A stretch of DNA of 42,088 nt from an uncultured Intrasporangiaceae bacterium (GTDB lineage Bacteria > Actinomycetota > Actinomycetes > Actinomycetales > Dermatophilaceae). This document shows positions 9,095 to 17,466 of the stretch, piece by piece (the first letter of the stretch is position 1; the number at the start of each line of letters is the position of its first letter). The notes under the pieces are model-generated. The model saw nothing but the letters and a program-made list of their open reading frames with translations, did not search any database and had not been told where the DNA came from. The position numbers were made by a program, and so were the translations under genes. The stretch covers positions 1 to 42,088 of the forward strand of contig CAYPYK010000002.1 of assembly GCA_964414665.1 (NCBI GenBank), in the 5' to 3' direction.

Positions 9095-9289
9095 ATGGCA
9101 CGTACCGGGCCGTCCCGTCATGTGTTCCGGGGGGTGCTGGGCGGTCTCGCCCTCGGCATCGGCCTGGCTCTCGTGCTCATCCTCTACCGGGTGAGCGTGG
9201 TGCCACCGGACCTCGTCATCGGCATCTGCCTCATGCTCGGTCTCGCCCTCGGCCTGGCCAAGCTGCCCAGGCCTCGCCCGGCGCCGTAG
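9095..9289 (+). CDS. Hypothetical small two-TM membrane protein
   Basis: 64 aa. GAAGGGAG lies 9 nt upstream of the ATG. There are two hydrophobic segments (VLGGLALGIGLALVLILY and LVIGICLMLGLALGLA). Confidence 0.45.
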   Translation: MARTGPSRHVFRGVLGGLALGIGLALVLILYRVSVVPPDLVIGICLMLGLALGLAKLPRPRPAP

Positions 9290-9302
9290 CCGCTCCCCGC
9301 CT

Positions 9303-10334
9303 TCAGCGGCCACCGGACAGCCGGCGGGCCCGCTGCTCGGCACCCATCGTCCCGTAGGGGTAGTCGGGCGCGCTCGGGTCGCTGGCCCGGTCCAGCGCGG
9401 CCAGGTCGGGGGCGGTCAGGCTGAGGTCCATGCAGCGCAGGTTGGTCTCGAGCTGCTCCACCGTGCGTGCGCCGAGGATGGTCGAGGTGACGCCCGGCCT
9501 GCCGGTGACCCAGGCCAGGGCGACCTCGACCATGGACACCCCACGGCGTTCGGCCACCTCCTGCACGGCCTCGATGATGTCCCAGGTCCGTGCGGTGCCA
9601 CGCCGGTCGTAGGCCTCCATCCCCCGGCCGGGATCCTCGCCGAGGCGGGTGGCGCCGGTCGGCCGCTGGTCGCGGCGGTACTTTCCCGAGAGCCATCCGC
9701 CGCCGAGTGGACTCCACGGGAGCATCCCCATCCCGGCGTCGAGCACCGCCGGGACGATCTCCCACTCGGTCTCGCGGACGATGAGGCTGTACTGCGGCTG
9801 CAGCGTGACCGGCCCGGCGACGCCGAGCATCCGTGCCAGGTGCACGGCCTTGGTCAGCTGCCACCCGGTGAAGTTCGAGAGGCCGTAGTAGCCGATCTTC
9901 CCGGCCCGGATGAGGTCGTCGAGAGTGCGCAGCGTCTCCTCCAGCGGTGTCCACGCGTCGTAGGCGTGGACCTGGTAGAGGTCGATGTGCTCGAGACCGA
10001 GCCGGCGCAGGGACGCCTCCAGCGCGCGAGTGAGGTGGCGCCGGGACAGCCCGGCGTCGTTGGGGTCCTCGCCCATGGGGAACCGGCCCTTGGTCGCGAG
10101 CACCACCGCGTCGGTGACCTCCGAGGGCCGGTCGGCGAACCACCTGCCGATGATCCGCTCGGACTCCCCTCCCCCATAGACGTCGGCGGTGTCCACGAGC
10201 GTGCCTCCCGCCGCCCGGAAGCGGTCGAGCTGGGCGTGTGCCACGGTCTCGTCGCTCTCGACGCCGAACGTCATCGTGCCGAGGGTGAGCGCCGAGACGG
10301 CACAGCCGCTGTGGCCAAGGGTGCGGTAGTCCAT
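9303..10334 (-). CDS. Aldo/keto reductase (Tas/YhdN-like, about 343 aa class)
   Basis: The sequence reads MDYRTLGHSGCAVSALTLGTMTFG..VDTADVYGGGESERIIG..LATKG..IDLYQVHAYD..IGYYGLSNFTGWQ..LQPQYSLIVRE..LPWSPLGGGWLSGKY. TAGGGT lies 6 nt upstream of the ATG. Confidence 0.9.
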   Translation of the reverse strand: MDYRTLGHSGCAVSALTLGTMTFGVESDETVAHAQLDRFRAAGGTLVDTADVYGGGESERIIGRWFADRPSEVTDAVVLATKGRFPMGEDPNDAGLSRRHLTRALEASLRRLGLEHIDLYQVHAYDAWTPLEETLRTLDDLIRAGKIGYYGLSNFTGWQLTKAVHLARMLGVAGPVTLQPQYSLIVRETEWEIVPAVLDAGMGMLPWSPLGGGWLSGKYRRDQRPTGATRLGEDPGRGMEAYDRRGTARTWDIIEAVQEVAERRGVSMVEVALAWVTGRPGVTSTILGARTVEQLETNLRCMDLSLTAPDLAALDRASDPSAPDYPYGTMGAEQRARRLSGGR

Positions 10335-10494
10335 GCCTGGACCCTATGCCGACGAGAGGGTGTGCCCCGAGCGCTCCACGGGTTTTCGCTGAGGGCAGAC
10401 AGCCGCCCCGTTGTGTCCTACGCTGGCATCTGCGGCGGGGGGTCGCCTCGACCGTGGGTGGACCGTGCGTGCGACGCAGGATGGACTGGACGCG

Positions 10495-11946
10495 ATGACG
10501 GCTCGGCAGCTGGCTCGGGCGGGGGCGGGCATGGCGATCTGCCTGCTGCTCGCTGTCACCTACTCGACCCCGGCCTTCGCCGACTCGACGACGCCCGACC
10601 CGGCGCCCAGTGTCCCCGCGACCTCCCCGGCCCCCGCTCCCGCCGCAACGCCCGACCCCGTGCCGTCACCGAGCGAGCCGACCCCGGCGCCGAGCCCGAG
10701 CGAGCCGGCCCCGGCGCCCACTCCCGCACCCCTGCCCGGCCCCACCGGCCCGGCGTCGGCCCCCTCTTCCGGCAAGCCGGCGATCCCCGCGACGAGCGAC
10801 GCCGGAGGGTCCGACGGTGCGATCGGGCTCTCCCAGGGAGAGGCCACCGCGCAAGTGGCGGCCGCCGACGCGATCTGGACGGCCCTCACGGCGGCGAACG
10901 CCGACCTCGCGGCCGCGATGAAGAAGATGGACGCCCTGTCGGTCAAGGCCAACGACCTGCTCGAGGCGATCGCGACAGCCCACGACACGCAGCTGAGCGC
11001 GGAGGCCACCGCCAACACCGCGCGGTCCGAGCTCGACGTCGTGAGCGTCCGTCTCGAGAACGCCCGCGAGATCACCCGGATGTGGGCGTTCCAGACCTAC
11101 GCCCAGAGCAACGGCACCGGCGACCTGTCGTCGGTGTTCGACATCATGGGCAAGGACCCTGCCCAGGCGGCGCCCTCCGCCGGCGACCTCGCCTACCTGA
11201 CCGACGCGCGGCTGCGCAGCCTGCAGGAGCTGAGCGGCCTCGAGGCCCGGCAGGCGCAGCTCAGCGCCGAGGCCGACCGGGCCAGCGCGACGGCCGCCGC
11301 CGCCACGGCGACCCTCGAGCAGTCCAAGGCCGCCCTGGACACCCTGCTGGCCACGCAGCGCTCCGAGATCGACGCCCTGCGGACCGCTCAGATGGCGGAG
11401 ATCGCCCAGGCCGGCCCGGTCGCCGTGCTGCTCATCGGTGTGCAGACACCGCAGGCCCGTGCGGCGGCCGACCGGCTCCGGGCGGCCCTGGTCGCCGCCT
11501 CGGCCAGCCCCGGCTTCTCCGGTGGCACGCCGTGCTCGGACAACGAGTCGGCCTACCCCAACGGCCAGCTGCCCCCCAGCGCCCTCTGCCCGCTGTGGGG
11601 GGCAGCCGGCGAGGCGCTGCGACCCACAGCGGCCGCCGCCTTCAACGCGATGAGCCAGGCCTACGCCAAGCAGATGGGCACCGCGCTCTGCGTGACCGAC
11701 TCCTACCGCACCCTCGCCGAGCAGTTCTCGGTGAAGGCCTCGCGCGGGAAGTGGGCCGCCACGCCCGGGACGAGCCATCACGGCCTCGGCATCGCCGTGG
11801 ACCTCTGCGGCGGCATCGAGACCTTCGGGTCGCCGCAGCATCTGTGGATGCAGCTCAACGCCCCGCTGTACGGCTGGTATCACCCGAGCTGGGCTGAGCC
11901 GAACGGAACCCTTCCCGAGCCGTGGCACTGGGAGTTCGCGGGCTGA
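10495..11946 (+). CDS. Secreted M15B (VanY-type D-Ala-D-Ala carboxypeptidase) metallopeptidase with a Pro-rich linker and a long coiled-coil region
   Basis: ORF 10411..11946 trimmed to ATG 10495. The signal peptide reads MTARQLARAGAGMAICLLLAVTYSTPAFA. A P/A/S-rich segment follows, then a heptad-like A/L/E/Q-rich region. The C-terminus has SHHGLGIAVD and EPWHWE, which are VanY-type Zn-ligand motifs. Confidence 0.8.
   Translation: MTARQLARAGAGMAICLLLAVTYSTPAFADSTTPDPAPSVPATSPAPAPAATPDPVPSPSEPTPAPSPSEPAPAPTPAPLPGPTGPASAPSSGKPAIPATSDAGGSDGAIGLSQGEATAQVAAADAIWTALTAANADLAAAMKKMDALSVKANDLLEAIATAHDTQLSAEATANTARSELDVVSVRLENAREITRMWAFQTYAQSNGTGDLSSVFDIMGKDPAQAAPSAGDLAYLTDARLRSLQELSGLEARQAQLSAEADRASATAAAATATLEQSKAALDTLLATQRSEIDALRTAQMAEIAQAGPVAVLLIGVQTPQARAAADRLRAALVAASASPGFSGGTPCSDNESAYPNGQLPPSALCPLWGAAGEALRPTAAAAFNAMSQAYAKQMGTALCVTDSYRTLAEQFSVKASRGKWAATPGTSHHGLGIAVDLCGGIETFGSPQHLWMQLNAPLYGWYHPSWAEPNGTLPEPWHWEFAG
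10669..10722 (+). repeat. 27-bp (9-codon) tandem duplication inside the Pro-rich linker of the M15 peptidase
   Basis: CCGAGCGAGCCGACCCCGGCGCC (from 10669) repeats as CCGAGCGAGCCGGCCCCGGCGCC (from 10696), with 22/23 core identity. The units encode PSEPTPAPS and PSEPAPAPT. Confidence 0.55.
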
Positions 11947-12072
11947 CGCCCCTGAGGGTTGCGCGGCCGCCCGCGGAGCAGCCCTGCCCTGTCCCGGCAG
12001 CGGTCCGCACCTCTCGCGAATGACCGCACGAATGTCACTCACCCGGACCCGCCGATGTGGGAGGCTCCGCGC

Positions 12073-13458
12073 ATGACGACGGACGCCGAGGTCGCCGACA
12101 TCTACGCCGAGAACGCCCGCTACCAGCGCCCCTGGTACTGGTACGACTGGGCCAACTCGGCCTTCGTGACGACCGTGGGCACCGTCCTGTTCGGGCCCTA
12201 CCTCACCTCTGTCGCCACCGAGGCCGCGTGCCCGGGCCTTGCCGAGAACGCCACCTGTCGCACCTCGCTGCACGTCCTCTGGGTCCCGATCGACCCGGGG
12301 TCGCTGGCGCCCTACACCATCACCATCGCCACGTTGCTGTCGGCGGTGCTCCTGGTCTTCGCCGGGGCGATCGCGGACCGCTCGCCGCGACCGGCCCGCC
12401 TGCTCGGGCTCTTCGCCGCGGTGGGCGCGACGGCGGGATCCGGGCTGTTCTTCGTCACGGGAACGCGCTGGGCGCTCGGGGTGGTCCTGATGATCATCGC
12501 CTCGATCGCGCTCGGCGCGTCCCTGGTCGTCTACGACGCCATCCTGTGCCGGATCGCCAGCCCGGACGACCGCGACACGGTGTCCTCACGGGGCTGGGCA
12601 CTGGGCTACCTCGGCGGGGGGCTGCTGCTCGCCATCAACCTCGTCATCGTGGTCAAGCCGGGCCTCATCGGCGTCGACAAGGCGATGGCCGTGCGGATCA
12701 GCATGCTGTCGGCCGGCTTGTGGTGGGGGCTGTTCACGCTCATCCCGGTCATCGGCCTGTGGAACCTGCGGGGCAGTGGCATCGCGCGCGAGGACCGCCC
12801 GCAGGCCGGGGCCGTCCGCGGCAGCGTGGGCCAGCTCGCCCACACCTTCCGCGAGCTGCAGCGATTCCCCCAGACCCTGACGTTCCTCCTGGCCTACCTC
12901 TTCTTCAACGACGGCATCCAGACCGTCATCAACTCCAGCAGTCTCTACGGCAGCGAGCAGCTGAAGTTCTCCGCAGAGCAGCTCATCGCCCTGATCCTTC
13001 TCGTCCAGTTCGTCGCCTTCGGCGGCGCCCTCCTCTTCGGACGGATCGCCACTCGCTACGGCGCATGGCGGACGGTCCTGAACTCGCTCGTGGCGTGGGG
13101 CGTCATCGTGATCGCCGCCTACTTCGTGCCCGCGAAGGCGTTCGTCCCGTTCCTCGTGCTCGGCGTCCTCATCGGCATCGTCCTCGGCGGCAGCCAGGCA
13201 CTGAGCCGGTCGCTGTTCAGCCAGCTGGTGCCCCAGAGCCGCGAGGCCGAGTTCTTCTCGTTCTACCAGGCCATGGAGCGTGGCACCTCATGGTTCGGGA
13301 CCCTGCTGTTCGGGCTGGTCCACCAGCTGACCCACTCCTACCGGCCGGCCATCGTCGCGCTCATCGTCTTCTTCGTCCTCGGCGGCCTCATCCTGCGCAA
13401 GGTCGACATGAGGCGGGGCATCCTCGACGCCGGGAACGCGCTGCCCCGCGTGGTCTGA
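12073..13458 (+). CDS. MFS transporter (UMF1 / Atg22-like family)
   Basis: ORF 11959..13458 trimmed to ATG 12073, which lies 9 nt after GGGAGG. The N-terminus reads YQRPWYWYDWANSAFVTTVGTVLFGPYL. About 12 hydrophobic helices follow. Confidence 0.8.
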   Translation: MTTDAEVADIYAENARYQRPWYWYDWANSAFVTTVGTVLFGPYLTSVATEAACPGLAENATCRTSLHVLWVPIDPGSLAPYTITIATLLSAVLLVFAGAIADRSPRPARLLGLFAAVGATAGSGLFFVTGTRWALGVVLMIIASIALGASLVVYDAILCRIASPDDRDTVSSRGWALGYLGGGLLLAINLVIVVKPGLIGVDKAMAVRISMLSAGLWWGLFTLIPVIGLWNLRGSGIAREDRPQAGAVRGSVGQLAHTFRELQRFPQTLTFLLAYLFFNDGIQTVINSSSLYGSEQLKFSAEQLIALILLVQFVAFGGALLFGRIATRYGAWRTVLNSLVAWGVIVIAAYFVPAKAFVPFLVLGVLIGIVLGGSQALSRSLFSQLVPQSREAEFFSFYQAMERGTSWFGTLLFGLVHQLTHSYRPAIVALIVFFVLGGLILRKVDMRRGILDAGNALPRVV

Positions 13459-13463
13459 CCCTC

Positions 13464-13480
13464 CCCCGGTGGCGCCGGGG
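13464..13480 (+). terminator. Short GC hairpin just after the MFS stop
   Basis: CCCCGG-TGGCG-CCGGGG lies 6 nt after the TGA. There is no U-tract. Confidence 0.3.
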
Positions 13481-13578
13481 ACGGCGCGGGAACCACCTCG
13501 ACGCGAACTCGGTCCCGTGTCGCAACCGTTTCGTGACGCCCGCCAGGACAGGAGTGTGTAAGGTCGTCCTAACTCCTC

Positions 13579-13604
13579 GGAACAAGCGTGCGGCTTGGAG
13601 CGTT
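13579..13604 (+). promoter_or_regulatory. Candidate SigR/SigH/SigE-type ECF promoter (GGAAC-N18-GTT) upstream of rbpA
   Basis: GGAAC is at 13579-13583 and GTT is at 13602-13604, with exactly 18 nt between them. The element lies about 60 nt upstream of the rbpA ATG. It matches the GGAAT-N18-GTT consensus in 7/8 positions. Confidence 0.45.
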
Positions 13605-13664
13605 GAGGCTGGAGCAGGGGTGAGACATTGACGCCCCGCCCCGAACGAATGTTGGGAGACACCC

Positions 13665-14024
13665 ATGGCAGAACGTAGCCTCCGCGGAACGCGCCTCGGT
13701 ACCTACAGCATGGAGACCGAGGAGAACGTGGTCCCCAGCGAGCGGCAGATCACGACCTATCTGTGCCCCAACGGGCACCGGATCGAGCTGCCGTTCTCGG
13801 TCGAGGCCGACGTGCCCCCGGTGTGGGAGTGCCGCTGCGGTGAGACCGCCGTCCTCGAGGGCGGCGACAAACCAGATGCGAAGCCGACCAAGCCGACCCG
13901 CAGCCACTGGGACATGCTGCTTGAGCGGCGATCCATCCCCGAGCTCGAGGAGCTGCTCGAGGAGCGGCTGAGCCTGCTGCGCGTCTCGCGCGGCGAGAAG
14001 GCCCGCAAGCGCAAGAGCGCCTGA
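13665..14024 (+). CDS. rbpA: RNA polymerase-binding protein RbpA
   Basis: 119 aa. The sequence reads MAERSLRGTRLGTYSMETEE..YLCPNGHRIELPFSVEADVPPVWECRCG..RSHWDMLLERRSIPELEELLEERL. GGGAGA lies upstream of the ATG. Confidence 0.92.
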   Translation: MAERSLRGTRLGTYSMETEENVVPSERQITTYLCPNGHRIELPFSVEADVPPVWECRCGETAVLEGGDKPDAKPTKPTRSHWDMLLERRSIPELEELLEERLSLLRVSRGEKARKRKSA

Positions 14025-14047
14025 CCGGTCCACCTGCTGACACCGCC

Positions 14048-14081
14048 GGGTATGCCGCCCACCGAGGTGGGCGGCATACCC
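14048..14081. terminator. Perfect 16-bp-stem hairpin between the convergent rbpA and fxsA genes (candidate bidirectional intrinsic terminator)
   Basis: GGGTATGCCGCCCACC-GA-GGTGGGCGGCATACCC lies 24 nt after the rbpA stop. Confidence 0.7.
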
Positions 14082-14151
14082 GTGTGCGGAGCCGGCACAC
14101 CGAGGCGGCGCGCAGGGGTCGCGCCGCACACCCAGGCCGCCGCAGCCAGGG

Positions 14152-14679
14152 CTAGTCGACGACTTCGCCGGGGATGACGTCGGGGCCGTTCGCGCCGCCG
14201 CCGGTGCGACCCGGGCCGCCGGGGCGCCCGCCCCCGCCGGGCCGGCCGCCGGCGTCGCCGAGGAGGCGTTGGCTCACGGCCCGCTCCAGCAGCCGTCGAG
14301 CGAACGGACGGGTGAGCGGGATGACCACCGCGAAGCCGACCAGGTCGGTGACGAAGCCCGGTGTCAGGAGCAGGGTGCCGCCGATCAGGACCAGGGCGGC
14401 ATCGGCCAGCTCACGGCTGGGCATCGCACCGCTGCGAAGGGCGTCGCGCAGGGCCGCCCAGGCCCGGCCGCCCTCACGGCGCACCAGCCAGGCGCCGAAG
14501 AGCGACTCACCGAGCAGGAGCAGGACCGTCGGCCAGGCGCCGACGACCCTGCCCACCGCGATGATGGCGGCGATCTCCACCGTCGGGACGACGAGCAGGG
14601 CGAGGAAGATGACCACCGGCCAGCTCGGCCGCCGGCGCCGCCGGGCGTGTCGCGTCGAGCCGGTCCCCGGCGAGGTCAC
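14152..14679 (-). CDS. fxsA: FxsA family membrane protein with a Gly/Pro/Arg-rich C-terminal tail
   Basis: ORF 14152..15210 trimmed to GTG 14679, which overlaps the ppm1 stop (GTGA). The sequence reads VEIAAIIAVGRVVGAWPTVLLLLGESLFGAWLVRREG..LIGGTLLLTPGFVTDLVGF. Confidence 0.8.
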   Translation of the reverse strand: MTSPGTGSTRHARRRRRPSWPVVIFLALLVVPTVEIAAIIAVGRVVGAWPTVLLLLGESLFGAWLVRREGGRAWAALRDALRSGAMPSRELADAALVLIGGTLLLTPGFVTDLVGFAVVIPLTRPFARRLLERAVSQRLLGDAGGRPGGGGRPGGPGRTGGGANGPDVIPGEVVD

Positions 14680-15497
14680 AGCCGGTGCCACCTCGGCTCT
14701 CGGCGGGTCAGGCGGCTCGCCGCAGCGCGCACCTGGGCCCCTCGGTAGCCGATGCCCCACGAGGTGATCCGTCGCAGCGACTCGGTCATGATGCTGCGGC
14801 TCATCTTCGAGTCGCCGACCTCGCGCTCGACGAAGGTGATGGGCACCTCGACGACGGTGAGCCCGTGCCGCACCGCGCGCCAGGTGAGGTCGACCTGGAA
14901 GCAGTAGCCCTGCGACGCCACGTCGCCGAGGCCGATGGCGCGCAGCGCCTCGACCCGGTAGACCCGGAAGCCCGCCGTGGCGTCGTTGACGGGCATGCCG
15001 AGCAGGACCTTGGTGTAGATGTTGCCACCGATGCTGAGCGCCTTGCGGTGGGCGGGCCAGTTGACGACGCTCCCGCCGCGCACCCAGCGCGAACCGATGA
15101 CGAGGTCGGCGTCGCGGGCGGCCTCGAGCAGCGTCGGCAGGTGCTCCGGCTGGTGGGATCCGTCGGCATCCATCTCGACGACGGCGTCGTAGCCCTCGTC
15201 CATCGCCCACCGGAACCCCTCGAGGTAGGCCGCGCCGAGGCCGTGCTTACCGGGCCGGTGGATGACCCGGACCCGGGGGTCCGCGACGGCGAGCTCGTCG
15301 GCCAGGTCGCCGGTGCCGTCGGGCGAGGCGTCGTCGAGGACGACGATGTCGGCGTCGGGAACGGCCCGCCGGACCCGGTGGACGACCCCGGCGAGGTTGT
15401 CCCGCTCGTTGTAGGTGGGGATGAGGACGGCGACCCGGGTCAGCTGGGGCCGGTCGATGGCCGAGCCCTCGGGCTCGGTGGGGGTGCGGTCAGGCAA
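14676..15497 (-). CDS. ppm1: Polyprenol-monophosphomannose synthase (GT2 family)
   Basis: 273 aa. The sequence reads VLIPTYNERDNL..VVLDDASPDGT..GLGAAYLEGF..VVEMDADGSHQPE..GSRW..DATAGFR. The TTG start overlaps the lnt stop by 8 nt. Confidence 0.9.
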   Translation of the reverse strand: MPDRTPTEPEGSAIDRPQLTRVAVLIPTYNERDNLAGVVHRVRRAVPDADIVVLDDASPDGTGDLADELAVADPRVRVIHRPGKHGLGAAYLEGFRWAMDEGYDAVVEMDADGSHQPEHLPTLLEAARDADLVIGSRWVRGGSVVNWPAHRKALSIGGNIYTKVLLGMPVNDATAGFRVYRVEALRAIGLGDVASQGYCFQVDLTWRAVRHGLTVVEVPITFVEREVGDSKMSRSIMTESLRRITSWGIGYRGAQVRAAASRLTRREPRWHRL

Positions 15498-17079
15498 CGA
15501 ACTCGTCCTCGGTCTCGCGTGCTGCTGGTGCCACGACCCTAGCCCGTCGCCCTGAGCGCTGCGCGAGCACGACCAGGACGAGGAGCGCGGCCACGGCGAG
15601 TGCCTCCGGCCGGCCGCCCAGCCGGTCGGAGACGGTCTCGGCCGTCCGAACGACGGGGTGGCCGACGACCTGTTCCGGTGTGAACAGGGTGGTCTTGCCG
15701 GTCACCGACCCGTCGGGGGCGATGAGGCCGCTGACGCCGACGGTCGAGACGTGCGCCACCGAGCGGCCGTGCTCGATGGCGCGGATCCGCGAGATGGCGA
15801 ACTGCTGCTCGGACTCGTCGGTGTAGCCGAAGGTGGCGTTGTTGGTCTGGACGACGAGCAGGCCCGGCTGCCTGCCGGGCTGGGTGACGGCGTTGCGGAC
15901 CAGGCCGTCATAGGCGACCTCGAAGCAGATCGTCGGCAGCGCCCAGTAGGCCCCCTCGCTGGACGGCACCTCGAACCCACCGACCGTGTGCCCGGCGACG
16001 AACGGCTCGCGCACCAGGTCGACCTTGTCGCTGAAGATCCGGAAGAAGGACTTGAAGGGGATGTACTCGGCGAACGGCACCGGATGGAGCTTGATGTAGC
16101 GCTCCGGCGTCGACGCCCCCGGGCGATAGAACAGCGAGGCGTTGGAGACGTCCGGGGTCGGCTCGTCGAGGACAGCGCCCAGCAGGATGGGCGCTCCGAC
16201 CGCGTCGAGCGCCCGCTGCACCTGGGCGGCGGCGTCGGGGTTGCGGAGCGGGTCGATGTCGGAGGCGTTCTCCGGCCAGATGACCAGGCTGAGGTCGGGG
16301 ACGTGCCGGTCAGCCAGCGACAGGGTTCCGCGCACGTGGTTGTCGAGCACGGCGCGGCGCTGGGCGTTGAACTCCAGCCCGGCCCGGGGCACGTTGCCCT
16401 GGACCAGGGCCACGGTCACCCGGGAGCCATCGGTCGGTAGCGGGATGGCGGCCGACAGCACGGGCGCCAGGACCACCACGGCCGTGCCGGCCAGCAGGGC
16501 CCGCCCGCGTCGCGGTCGCACGCCGTATGCCGCGGCGACCAGCCCGGTGCCGACCAGCGCCACGGCGGCGGTGACTCCGGGGGCTCCGAGGTAGGCCGCG
16601 ACCCGCGCCAACGGGCTGTCCGACTGGCTGAAGGCGAGCCGGGCCCACGGGAAGCCGCCGAACGGGGTGGCCCCCCGGGCGAGCTCCTGCGCGACCCACG
16701 CCAGCGGAACGACGGCGTACGCGGCCGCGCGGCGGTTCGCGGCGACGAGGCGGCGTCCGGCATACGCCACGAGGGCGCACATCGCCGCGACGTACAACGA
16801 CTCCAGGGTGGCCAGGGCGAACCACGGCAGGTTGCCGACATACGTTCCCGACCAGGACAGGACCGGGACGAAGAACGCCTCCCCCGCCACCAGGCCGACG
16901 CAGAAGCCCCATCGGGGAGTCGTCGTGAGGGTCGCCCCCGCGAGCAGCGCGACGCCGACCGGGGCGAGCCACCACAGGTTGTGGTCGGGGAAGGCGAGCC
17001 ACAGCGCCAGCCCGGCCAACAGGCCCGCGGACAGGCGCAGGGCGAGGCTCGCACGGGTCACCCGTGCAGGGTAGGTCAC
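15490..17079 (-). CDS. lnt: Apolipoprotein N-acyltransferase
   Basis: ORF 15490..17337 trimmed to GTG 17079, which overlaps the stop of the upstream hotdog gene (GTGA). GTG 17061 is an alternative start. The N-terminal half is multi-TM and the C-terminus is a nitrilase-like domain (VALVQGNV..VIWPE..PICFE..LLVVQTNNATFG). Confidence 0.85.
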   Translation of the reverse strand: MTYPARVTRASLALRLSAGLLAGLALWLAFPDHNLWWLAPVGVALLAGATLTTTPRWGFCVGLVAGEAFFVPVLSWSGTYVGNLPWFALATLESLYVAAMCALVAYAGRRLVAANRRAAAYAVVPLAWVAQELARGATPFGGFPWARLAFSQSDSPLARVAAYLGAPGVTAAVALVGTGLVAAAYGVRPRRGRALLAGTAVVVLAPVLSAAIPLPTDGSRVTVALVQGNVPRAGLEFNAQRRAVLDNHVRGTLSLADRHVPDLSLVIWPENASDIDPLRNPDAAAQVQRALDAVGAPILLGAVLDEPTPDVSNASLFYRPGASTPERYIKLHPVPFAEYIPFKSFFRIFSDKVDLVREPFVAGHTVGGFEVPSSEGAYWALPTICFEVAYDGLVRNAVTQPGRQPGLLVVQTNNATFGYTDESEQQFAISRIRAIEHGRSVAHVSTVGVSGLIAPDGSVTGKTTLFTPEQVVGHPVVRTAETVSDRLGGRPEALAVAALLVLVVLAQRSGRRARVVAPAARETEDEFVA

Positions 17080-17465
17080 GCAGGTGGTGGCACGACGACG
17101 ACCCCTTGGGCCGTGGTCGCCACGACGGGCGGGTCGAGCACGTCGGCGGACGACCCGCCGCGCTCGGGCGCTCCCCGTCCGACCACCCGCACCTCGAACG
17201 CCATCTCCCGGCTGCGGGTGCCGACCCGGACCAGCCGGGCCTCGATCTCGATGACGTCTCCCGCCCGGACCGGAGCGACGAACTGGACGTCGCTGTAGGA
17301 CGCGAACAGTCCCTCGTCGCCGTCGGTGCGGATGCACATCTCGGTGGCGACGTCGCCGAAGGCGGCCAGCGAGTAGGCGCCGTCGACGAGGTTGCCTGCG
17401 TAGTGCGCGTGGCTGTAGGGCACGTAGCGGCGGTGGACGACGGTGGTGCCGACCTCGGCGGTCAT
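17076..17465 (-). CDS. kal: Hotdog-fold protein, candidate 3-aminobutyryl-CoA ammonia-lyase (Kal-like)
   Basis: 129 aa from ATG 17465, which lies 1 nt after the kamE stop and has AAGGGAG upstream. The sequence reads HAHYAGNLVDGAYSLAAFGDVATEMCIRTDGDEGLFASYSDVQFVAPVRAGDVIEIEARLVRVGTRSREMAF. Size, fold-type pattern and position next to kamDE fit Kal. The family assignment is from memory and is not verified. Confidence 0.55.
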   Translation of the reverse strand: MTAEVGTTVVHRRYVPYSHAHYAGNLVDGAYSLAAFGDVATEMCIRTDGDEGLFASYSDVQFVAPVRAGDVIEIEARLVRVGTRSREMAFEVRVVGRGAPERGGSSADVLDPPVVATTAQGVVVVPPPA

Positions 17466-17466
17466 C

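Noticed and set aside
10335-10494. c-di-AMP (ydaO-type) riboswitch upstream of the secreted M15 peptidase
   Set aside because: Cell-wall hydrolase genes in actinobacteria often carry this riboswitch. None of the conserved ydaO segments I recall (for example the ACAGCUAACC-like core) is present.
10620-10760. Repetitive Pro/Ala/Ser-coding DNA as a possible CRISPR or minisatellite
   Set aside because: It lies in frame inside a coding region, has only two 27-bp units and has no spacer architecture. It is a low-complexity linker duplication.
9840-12273. ORFs 9840..11897 (+, 685 aa) and 10666..12273 (-, 535 aa)
   Set aside because: They span three real genes (AKR, M15 peptidase, MFS start) in wrong frames or on the wrong strand. 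They have no motifs and shadow-like composition.
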